A stretch of DNA of 64,000 nucleotides from the NCBI GenBank assembly GCA_051599415.1, contig AP039692.1:248001-312000 (forward strand). Reading direction: 5' to 3'. Both the position numbers and the translations under genes were made by a program. Below are positions 45,185-55,182 of the stretch, in pieces (the stretch's first letter is position 1; each line of letters opens with the position of its first letter). The notes below the pieces were generated by a model. The model did no database searches. It worked only from the letters and a program-made list of their open reading frames with translations, and was not told the origin of the DNA. Source of the DNA: Savitreella phatthalungensis (taxonomy: Eukaryota).

Positions 45185-45616
45185 CAGATCTTAACGTAAA
45201 GTGCGTGTCATTCAAAGTCGTCGACGTCTATGGAGTAAAGGATAGGTGTAAGTAGCTAAGGTTACGCGTCGCGTGCATGCGTCATGAGCGCCACGAATTT
45301 CGAAGGTATTGTGGCGGTGTTTTTTGCGTTGGCTTGAGGCCTGGGCTGAATCACATGTTGGGTCACATGTTAAAGTGCCAAATAGAGTGTAGGGGCAGAT
45401 GCCAGACTCGTGAGCCATCTAGACGATATATCATACCGGACTCGCCAGTGCCAGGTGTTCAGACTTCGATTCTGTTCGCCCGTGACCGAGAGAGCGCCAT
45501 GAGCTTTCTGTTCGGTGTCAAGCGCCCGGTCCCAAGGGGTAAGCGATGGACGTAGAAAGAGAAACGTGACTTTCAGTCGTGACTCGTAACAATTTACCTG
45601 ACCTGACTCGAGCTGC

Positions 45617-48069
45617 TCATCGGAGCGCTCTCAGCTCTTGCTGTAATGCCTGTCTCGAGTTGGATCGTTTGATGCTGGCAGGCATGTGAGAGACGCTTGC
45701 GATGCTGCTTCTCCGCGAGTCACTGGCGTGGCGTGTATGCGATTGAGCAGTCGATGTTCCGCGCAGATCGACCTCGCTACGAGATCGCTGTGGTGCGTAT
45801 GAGTAGGTCGTGCTGAGTGAGGATGCATCTCGTGCGGCCCCAGGTGGCGCTTGACCATCTCGCGGCATGCTGATCGGATATCCTTCACGAGTGAAATTCG
45901 CGGGATCGCGGTACTGGCGCGAAAGCGACACAGGCGGACGGGAGCCGGGACTGGGCAGGCTTCGTTTTCGCGGAGTGTCTCCCGCGGGATGCGTCGAGAA
46001 GACACGGCCGTTACGTGTGGTCATCGTGAGGCTCGTCAAGCTCGTCATGCTCGAGGTTCGAGATGAGGAAAACACGCCCGGGACTGGTGGCAAGGAGCTC
46101 GTACTGGAGCTGCGAGGGACTTGGGATCGTGACGGGACGGAGCTCGTGCTCGACGTCCTTAGGGCGCCATTCGAAGAGAGACTCGAAGCACTCGGCATGC
46201 TCGCTGCCAAGGCAGCTTCGGTTTGACTGCGTGAAGGTACAGCGGACGATAAGCTAGTCTTTCCAGAAGCAGTAAGAGAAGTGGACTGGCCTCTGGAGGC
46301 TCCCACACCTGATGTTGTCGTCAAACTGCCGCCAGGCAAAGTGCTCGCGCGAAAGATACTCGGCGCCGACGGTCTTGCACTCGACGTTTGCTGCAACTGA
46401 GAGCTCGTTCGTGGCACAGACGCCGAGGAACTTGTCTGGACGGCAGGATTAGTATTGAAAACCCTTCCTCGAGCAGGCGTCGTGCTGATGCCTGAATTGT
46501 AGGAACTCTGAGTGGACTTTGCCAGGGACGCCGAACGCGAGGACGACGAGAAGACAGAGGCAATCCTTGATAGAAGGCTGCTTGATGCTTGTGTTGCCGG
46601 GCACACGTTCCTTGCGAGTCCGAAAGGTAGAAAGATTCGCGGCTCATCGGAGAGTGTGACGTTGGTAGTCTTGCCTACAATAATGTTTTGGCATGTAACG
46701 ACATCGACTAGCTGTGTGCCTGGAGCAAACGCCGTCGACAGTGAGAGCTTTCGGGTAACATTGGCATTCGAGAGGAGCATTAGAAGTGGTCCCTTCTGCA
46801 CAGCAAGCGTGTTACCATCGCTGTATAGCCCCGAGGTCAGGTTCGTGCCGAATCCAGCATCCCAGGCGGTCGATCTGACCTTGTTCAGAAGTGTAAGCCA
46901 GGGAACATACGCCGTCTGTGTCCAGCCCGCTCCCCACAGGTACTCGCGATTCTGCGGATCTGCTCCTCCACTGAAGCCATATTCCTGACCCTGGTATACC
47001 ACGGGTATGCCATCTGACAAGACCGTGTAGGCCATCGCACTTCGGATAATACTGGGTGTCGATGATACCTCTGCGGGAAAGCGCGGATTGTCGTGATTCT
47101 CCATGAATGTTCCGAGCAACTGTGTATCAACGAATTTTGAGCGGTAAGAAGATGAGAGAAGCGCTGCGAGCTCTGTCATGCTGCCTCCAGCGGTGAAGGC
47201 TCGTCTGAGCGGATAGTATGTAGCGTAGTCTAGCAAGCCACCGACGTATGGTTGGTATGCAGACAGGTAATTCGGATCGCCACTGAATACTTCGCCGATG
47301 CAGAATACACCCGAGGCTGCAATGAATGCTGGCCAGAAGTCCTTGCGGACATGCTTGACGGTGTCGAGTCGGAGCCCATCTATACGATATGTCTGGACGA
47401 GTGAATTGATCCACGAATTGAGCCACTTGACGTTGTCGACGTTCTCCGTATCGATGTCAGGCAGTGGTACATTCGGGTCTCCGAGCCAGCCCTGCTCGAC
47501 GAGCGTCTGATTTGAGTAATCTGTGATGAGCTGCTGTGGGTGATATTGGGAGGCAGAATTGAAAGGTCTATACCGCGAGTAGTCAACATTGGCGGTGCTG
47601 CCCATGTGATTGATGACGATGTCGACCATGAGAGCCATTCCCCGTGCGTGGAGTGCGTCTGACAGGGCGAGCAGATCTGCATTGGTTCCGAAGTGAGGAT
47701 TCAATGATGTCAGATCTTCTGCCCAGTATCCATGCCAGCCGTAGCCATATGTTGTGAAATCCTCTATATTCTTGACGACTGGTGAGATCCAGACCGCGTC
47801 AAAGCCCATAGACTGAATGTGATCGAGTCTGCGGATGACACCCTGCCAGGTACCGCCACAGAAGACGCCCTTGGCATAATCGCAGGAGACTTCGCCTGAT
47901 TGCTGTGTAGGTGCAAATCGGTCAGTAAGAAGCTGGTAGATGCTTCGACGTCGCCATGCACTGTCGTCAGTCATTGCTCGGACAGTCCATTCATGGTCAC
48001 CTACTCTTGTGTCATGCAGTCTGCCAACGCGACCAGAAATAGTATCGCGTGGAGCACCGGTGTATGCAT
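45617..48069 (-). CDS. Secreted GH13 (Taka-type) alpha-amylase with a long Ser/Arg-rich tail; exons 48069-48005 and 47960-45617
   Basis: WRRRSIYQLLTDRF, GWHGYW, DIVINH, DGLRLDTVKHV, GEVF and FMENHDNPRF; a 44-nt intron (GTAGGT..CTGAC..CAG, 48004-47961) adds signal peptide MHTPVLHAILFLVALADC. Confidence 0.9.
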
Positions 48070-49163
48070 GTGGATGCAGCTTGGATAACTTTTTTGGCTG
48101 AATCGTGTATCCGAATATTGTTACGGTGTATTTTGAGATGATCACGGGTTGGATGTGAGAGCCAAGGATTCAGTGTGCGAGGGAAACTGGACAGTATGAA
48201 TCCAGGGCTACAGCTGCAGCCTGTTGATGGCTGTGCAGGCGGGTGCAGCGGGTCGTTGTGGATGCACCTGGAAAGAGAGATAGACGGTATAGTCGATGCT
48301 ACAGGCGTGTGCGTGCACGTGTATCAGTCAATCAGCATGTAACCCTGGATAAGAATGCTCGAGGGGCGAGAAACAAGATGCTCAGCAGGGGCATTCGCCA
48401 GAATACCTTCCTACGACAGGACAGGGGGCTCAATTGACTTATAGGGACATGTACCGGGAGTGTTGTAGGTCATCTATGAAGTGCTTGAAAGGCACGGCTG
48501 TATCACCGAACACGGACGCCAAGCTTGTTGGCTGGACAAACCTTCATGTTTGACCTGTCCGAGAGAGGACAGGTCTTCGGCGGAAGGAAGCTTCACTCAA
48601 ACCCGTGTTCCTTGTGATTGGGTCAATTGCCTTGCAGGACGATAAACCTACACCAGGAAAAGCAGACCTTCATGCTCCAGTGTTTGGATGGCCCCTAGAG
48701 CGGAACTCCTTTCCTTGCTCTTGCACGAGATTGATTGATCTGCGGTCTTGAGCACCGTGAATGCTGGCTGTCCGTGGAGGATGAAATTTGAGTTACCCCC
48801 TTCCCGTTTCCGGTCAACATTCCTACCACATTCACAAAGCAAAGGGATTTCCTCGGCTTTCCAATCTAATCAGTCTGAAGTTTAAATCTCAAATTGGACT
48901 GGAAATCGATGTTTGCCTTTAATAATCCTCTAAATTCATTCTCGATTGGCAGATCCGATGATCCTTGGTTTGGACCAACAATTTTGACCGTGATCAGAAT
49001 ACAGAATACCACACGCTTGCGCTGATCTGTCGACCTCAGCTCGATCTAGGTCGGTCTTCCGCAGTGTTCTGCTTCCTCAGAATCTGATCCTGCCTGCGAC
49101 CGAACTTCGCCGGGTGTAACGGCAAGTAGAACAAGGGATGGACAGGAATGCAGGTTGCCAACG

Positions 49164-49211
49164 CAAGTGCCAGTCGTACAAGTGCTAGTCGTCCAAGTGC
49201 CAGTCGTACAA
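49164..49211. repeat. 15-bp minisatellite, 3 copies (CAAGTGCYAGTCGTM)
   Basis: caagtgccagtcgta caagtgctagtcgtc caagtgccagtcgta caa. Confidence 0.9.
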
Positions 49212-49535
49212 TGAAGCTGAGCGACTGTACTCGAGCGTAGAATCTCTTGCTCTGCCATTTCTGCTATGGCTGACTGCTGCTGCGGCGGTACGTGTGAGCC
49301 AGTGATAGCTTTTCGCTTTGTGATACGGCCGAATGCAGGAAATCGTCGCAGCATGTCGCAAGCAGATCACGTGTGACCTGAATATCCTGCTCCTGCACGT
49401 GCATCATCTGCGCGATGCGGATTCTTTCGGTCGATCATGATCAAATAGATGCACGAGATACACAGGACAATATACACCAGTGCTCCAACGTCCTACATCG
49501 ACCACGATCTTCTGTAACGCAGTGATACGTCCGTC

Positions 49536-49838
49536 ATGAGCTCAGAAGAGTCACCGATCGTCGCCTTGTACCGCAAGCCCACATGGCTTGGGCTAGCGCG
49601 ATCGAGTGTGATCAATTTAGTCCTGCCCTTCCTCAACGGCGTCTTTCTCGGATTTGGCGAAATATTCGCTCACGAAGTAGCTTTTCTGCTCGGCTGGCGA
49701 GGTGCGAATGTCAAGCCAGGGCACAGAATGGTTGGACCAGGTGTCAAGCTGGAATCACAGAGGCTGGGAGGTATGACGCAGGATCTCGAGCAGGTGAACC
49801 GAAAGGATGGCCACTACGTCCTCCCAGGTCTCGAGTGA
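49536..49838 (+). CDS. MIM1: Mitochondrial import protein Mim1/Tom13
   Basis: INLVLPFLNGVFLGFGEIFAHE signature. Confidence 0.92.
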   Translation: MSSEESPIVALYRKPTWLGLARSSVINLVLPFLNGVFLGFGEIFAHEVAFLLGWRGANVKPGHRMVGPGVKLESQRLGGMTQDLEQVNRKDGHYVLPGLE

Positions 49839-50916
49839 TGCATCTGCACTCGATGGACGAGCGGCGGCTGCTGATTGATCGGACTCATATCAATCTGATG
49901 CGATCACGGTGAAGGATGCAGGCTATCCCGCACATAGGTCGCGATCGATAGAACTCAAGGTGCGCTACCCTGTGTCTAAATCTTAAGACTGGAATCAGCG
50001 CGACCTGAATGCCGCGCTTCATTCAGCTTCCGCTTCGTCCTTTTATATTGTACATATATGCATGTCCATTCGACCCCATTCCGCACGGTTCCTGTGGAGT
50101 AACAAATCCGCTCGTGATGAAGTGGTGAGGAATAAGTTTTTCAAGCCAAATCTGGTCGATCTGGCAGGCCTTCCGGGTTGTGCTGCACGGCTCGAGGAGA
50201 CTCGTCTGCGGCTGTAGGAACTTTGCTTTCGACTGCGTCTCGAGAAGAACTCAGTGGCGGACGTCGTTGCCAAGCTCGTGTATAAACTCCGGACTTTCCC
50301 GTAGTTTTCGGTTCTGTCACCATTCAGTCGAGGAGGGCACAATTGTCGAGACGAAGGAGAACCAGACCAGTTGTCAGAAGTGATTCGTTTCTTGTTGCGA
50401 GTGGGTTGTGTCCCTGCAAATGCTTGGTCTCCGCGACCTAGCTCTCGTATCACCCGAACGTCATGTGTACTGCGTCAAACTGTCAACTATATATGCAGAT
50501 TAGCTCCTCAGCTGCAGAATCCACCATTTTAGCAGATAATGCATCGGTAGCGTCACAGTATCACTTACATTACGCTATGAAAGGTCGCACAGCATACCCG
50601 TGTATGCTATGCTGCAGAAGAACGACAACACAACACGCATGTCGACATCGGTGTCCCGGTTTCCTCGATATGAATGACCACCCTGACACACGAGCATCAG
50701 CCCCATTTACACGTGCCACACTTTTATAAATTCTCCGCAATTGCCATTAATAGAATCACTCGCCAAATTGCAACACATTCGTCATACACCTGCCGACGAC
50801 ACTTCACGACACCAGCCATCATCCGTTTGCAAAAGACATGCAAGCTGAACACCGTATACCGTTCTGGCAATCTCAATGCGCTCGAGACTACGAGCACGCG
50901 TCATGACGAAGTCAGC

Positions 50917-52076
50917 TCGGCTGTCATTAAGCACCAGATGCTCGGCTACCACTAAATAACACGTCGTCGCGTCAAATCTTCAACAGGACGTCCAAAATCC
51001 CCTCGGCTATACTCTTCGTCTGACATTCTCGACCAGAGAATTGCGCGTCTTTTCCAACGAAATATCTCGGCTAGCATGTCGGCTGATTTGTCAACCCAAA
51101 CATCTCGGCTGTTGATGGCACCCTCGGCAAGCCGTCGTACCCTTCTACGTCCCCGAATGACGTCTGAGCATCGCTCGTCAGCCCAGAAAGTGCAGTCGGA
51201 GGGCATCGATACCCGTATGCTACTACGTCTTGTGCAAACACCTCCGACATTGCCCTCGCGATCGCCGCGTACAAGTGAGTATACTAACTGATACGCATGG
51301 GAGGTTAGCCGAGCGACGATGTGAATGACAACGGTGGGTTGCCAAGGCGATGACGCACTGTTGTGGGTGCTCGGCAATCTACTCCACGGCCCGCAACGGC
51401 AATTGCGAACACAGACGCGCCGTTGACAACGGCAATTATCGGCTAAGTCGACGGCAACGGCTGCAGCACGACGGTTGTCGAAAGCATTATCGGCTGGCTC
51501 AATAATAACGGCTGGTTGCTATGTGTGAGGGCTTTTACGTCATTGCAAAAGGGCGTAGATTGCTCGAATTGGGGAATCGATCGACAGGGGAATGCCTCAA
51601 TCGTCGGAGAATTGAAATCACAAGATCGTCACATGTCCGTTGCAAAAGGTTTCCCAATTAGGAAATTCCATGTAATTGGGGTTAACATCGGCTCCACAAC
51701 AGGCACGACCACACTCCGATACCATTGACATCAAAGGTTCACAAAGTGTCCGACATGGCCTAGGATATCGAGGAGAAGGCGTACAGGCTCAAGACTAGGC
51801 TCATTCGACTCCGATAGAGCTCTGCTACACGATGAAATGGCATGTGGAAACGACAAATCAATGCGAACAGACCTTGTTCGTTTTGACAATGTGGCATCCC
51901 CGGCGCGATCACAATTCGAGTTCGTCGTTTTCTAAACTACAATCACCAATCGGTTCCCCACTCGTCACGGAAGGCTAACTCACTGAGACACAACAGACTA
52001 GCCATCTTTTACCTCAATGTCAAAACCATTGAAGAATTATCGGCTACCTTCGGCTACAACGATGGCATTTTCGGCT
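50917..52076 (+). promoter_or_regulatory. Clustered TCGGCT and (C/T)AACGGC motif array upstream of the orphan gene
   Basis: 13 TCGGCT/AGCCGA copies and 5 YAACGGC/GCCGTTG copies counted by eye. Confidence 0.55.
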
Positions 52077-52143
52077 AGGTCCTGGACCCCCGTCGAAAGT
52101 GATAAAAGGAAGCTCAATCCCATTCTTGTTCACCATCTTCTTT

Positions 52144-53289
52144 GTAAGAACCCCTTCAACACTCACTGCTCGTCCGGCCTCGCTGGCGATGACAGAGGGA
52201 TCTTCAATGGCGCGCCAGAGTTTTCCTCAACGGATCTCTCTTGGTAGTCCAGGGCAATTCTCTTAACGAGAGTCCTGGCCGCGTCTAGTAAGATTTTCCC
52301 TCATGGTCATCGTCGGCGGGTCGGGTCGATCGGGCTCGCCTGGCCTAGCCAGCGATGCCAGGGTTTCATCACCCAGTGAGGAGCGATCCGAGCGCCGTCG
52401 TGCGCCTACCCTTTACCGGGTTGGCGTGCGGCTGGTCAGCTTGGACTCTGTCTCGTAACGAGACAGAGTCCAGGCGAGCTCGACGCTTCTCACCGTGATG
52501 GAACAATCCTGGTGTCGCTGGTGAACGGCTGGGACGATGTCCCGACCGGCCCCTTGCCGGCGGCGTTTGAGCGCGTGGGCCAAGTCTTCTTGGTCCACGT
52601 ACCGTTGATCCTCCTATGTTCCCTTCTCGAGGGGAACACGGAGGTCGCGGTGCGTGGATTCATTGAGGCTGGTCTGCGACTCAGGCGTCGTCGCGTCAAG
52701 GGGATAAAACCGGTCGGTGTACTCGTCCCAGCCTAGCCGGTGATGCTACGAGGTAGGTGTCGTCGGTCCACCCAGACCTCGCTCATTATTGAGCGTGTGT
52801 CTGGTTCGGACCGGCGTACCGTAAGTCCTCTCAAGCATCACCGGTGAAGAGGTCAGGTCAAGGCTCGTTCGGACCGAGCTGGCGGAGACGCCAGAGGTTG
52901 TCCTATGCCTTCCCATGGCCGCATTAGCGGTTCTTGGGAGGTGTGGGCGCCTCTGGCGTCTCCGTCGGCGAAGCGTCCGTGCGAGCCCGAGGGCCCACGC
53001 GAGCGCCACCGAGGTTGTCCTCGAGAGGTCATGCCAGTCTTTCAAGACTCTGGTATGCTTCTCGTGGACGCCTCGACGGCGCAAGCGTGGCGTCCGCTCG
53101 AGCCCGAGAGACCCTTGCCTGTCGACGCGTGGGGCGTTCGTACCCCTTCGTTCCTTCAACTCTCTGCCCGTTTACCGGGTCGAGAGACGGAGGGACGAAG
53201 GCGGAGCGTGTCGCCCCGACCGCGTCGTCAGCGAGGCTGCGTCTTGCAGAGCGAGTTCCAGGTTCGAGCACGTCAACTAACATGTATAG
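52144..53289 (+). other. Candidate ~1.15-kb 5'-UTR spliceosomal intron filled with a large branched RNA structure
   Basis: GTAAGA donor at 52144 (alternatives at 52288, 52821, 53053); ACTAAC at 53276-81; TAG at 53287-89; many long stems inside. Confidence 0.65.
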
Positions 53290-53393
53290 TGATACTACTT
53301 CGTTCGTCCTACAACCGGCCGAACAATCTAGCTCTCTGACACTCTACAACTCTTTCGGAACTTCTCCAATTTTCAACTTTCCACTTTAACATC

Positions 53394-54464
53394 ATGGCTT
53401 TCTCTGCTATCAAGTCCATCGCCCTCTTCGGCAACAAGAACTCCAAGAACGCCGCCTCAATTAAGGCTTCCAAGCAGTCCAAGAACGCCTTCTCGGCCTC
53501 TTCTGCTCCTGCTCAGCCCAAGGCGACCAAGTGCACCTCTGACAAGATCAAGGCCACTGTGTCAAAGCTCTCATGCGGTTCGCTCAAGTTCAAGACCAAG
53601 GCCGAGAAGGCTGCTAAGAAGGCTGCAAAGGAGGCTGAGGCCAAGCTCGCCCAGAATCTGGCCGACCGCAACATGTACTTGGTGCCTTACTCTGAGCGTC
53701 TCCTTGGTCCTTCCATCTACGACGCCCCGATCGAGGCTGAAGAGGAGTTTTGCCCTTTCCCCGACGTCGAGACGATGGACGACCTGCTGCGTCATGTCCA
53801 GTTCTACGCTGCTGCTCGCAAGCCTGAATACGCTGATGCCGAGTGCATTCAGTCGCAGGCTGGTGACATCAGCTACGTGCACTCCGAGGCTGGCGAGATC
53901 AGCTGCACCTACTCAGCCTCTATCTACTCGGAGATTCCTACCGCTGACCAGGTCGACGAGGACACCTCAATCCTCGCCGAGACCCTGGGTGCACCTGCCT
54001 CGGGCACAGCTACCCCTACTCCTCAGACTGTCGCCACTCCCTTCGTGGCTGACAGTGCGGACAGCTGGTCAATCGAGCGTCCTTCCGAGATGTTCGCTGA
54101 CATGCTGTCCTCAAAGCTCGAGACCGTCGAGGAGGAGTGCGAGGCTCCTGCAGCCGCTGAGCCCGAGACCACGCCTGCCCCAAAGATTTCCAGCATGTGC
54201 TCAAAGCTGTTCGGCGCCACTACCCCGGACGTCGTGAACACGAACGTGGCTGAGGAGACTGAGGCCTTCTCCTACTCGCTCTTCCCCGAGCGCCGCACCT
54301 GGCACGTGGAGGCAGAGGCTCGTCGTCAGGCCCTCACCCTCGGCGGTCAGGAAAAGCCCACCTACCAGGTCTTCAACTACGACTCGTTCGACGGCAAGGT
54401 CACTGACGTCATCTTCACCTGGGGAAACACTTCCCAAAACCGTCAGGTCGTCAACCAGGCTTAA
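53394..54464 (+). CDS. Orphan 356-aa protein with Lys/Ala-rich N-terminus and acidic middle; no recognised domain
   Basis: Long ORF with strong C/T third-position and AAG/GAG codon bias; good start context (acatcATGG). Confidence 0.85.
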   Translation: MAFSAIKSIALFGNKNSKNAASIKASKQSKNAFSASSAPAQPKATKCTSDKIKATVSKLSCGSLKFKTKAEKAAKKAAKEAEAKLAQNLADRNMYLVPYSERLLGPSIYDAPIEAEEEFCPFPDVETMDDLLRHVQFYAAARKPEYADAECIQSQAGDISYVHSEAGEISCTYSASIYSEIPTADQVDEDTSILAETLGAPASGTATPTPQTVATPFVADSADSWSIERPSEMFADMLSSKLETVEEECEAPAAAEPETTPAPKISSMCSKLFGATTPDVVNTNVAEETEAFSYSLFPERRTWHVEAEARRQALTLGGQEKPTYQVFNYDSFDGKVTDVIFTWGNTSQNRQVVNQA

Positions 54465-54549
54465 GCGAAGCCCAATCCTCCAGTCCTCGGGGCCCAGAAA
54501 GCAGCAAAGCGACCACAAGCGCGCCAGCTAACACAACAGACTAACAATT

Positions 54550-55182
54550 CACCGGATCGGGTCAGAGATACTCTGCAACAAAGACGCGAGGCGCGATGGT
54601 CAGGTGGGACGTGAGGTGATCGAGGATACTGCGCGACAGAGCATCTGGAGTGCGCTGGCGAGGTGCGAGGGCTCTATGGAAAGCTTGTGTGATGAAGAGA
54701 GACTTTGTGGAGGTGGAAAGTGAGCGAGACGTGGGGAAGTCCACTCTTCAAAAAAATCCAACCGTGTCTGCTGGAGTGTGCGACTTTCTTTTCTTTCTGT
54801 TTCACTTCCGGAGGGGAGAACGGCGCCTAGGCGGACGAGCACCCCATACCCAGAGGGACTTGAGGGTGAAACTCGTCCGAAGGAGTCCTGACGATTCAGA
54901 GGTCCTGAATTCTGTCATGCCCAAAGGAAGTGAAACATGAAAGAACAAGGAATCACCGCACGTCACACACAGACATCGGAAGGATGGAAGAGTCGGATCA
55001 AACCTTCATCGAACAAGCTTTTCCCCATAAACATTCTCCTCCCTACTCACAATGTCCTAGATCCTCAATTCTCGTCGGTGAGCACTTCGTGCCTGTGTGC
55101 TAGTGTCTCTTGGCGCTTGACCTACCACGTCATCCATCGCTGCGCGACCACACACGACACTATCTCTGACCTGATCCCGGTG
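54550..55182 (+). other. ~630-nt rod-like structured 3' region of the orphan gene
   Basis: Closing stem 54550-70/55161-82; inner stems 54680-88/55013-21 and 54798-809/54926-37. Confidence 0.65.

Noticed and set aside
48425..48432. GGGGCTCA as the RNase MRP CR-V motif
   Set aside because: No upstream GAAAGTCCCC partner found.
52413..53389. Several overlapping 60-150 aa ORFs in the structured block; also hammerhead, group I intron, TPP riboswitch or telomerase identity
   Set aside because: The ORFs are Arg/Ala-rich by-products of high GC. No CUGANGA/GAAA core, P/Q/R/S elements, TPP aptamer or CUAACCCUAA-type template was seen.
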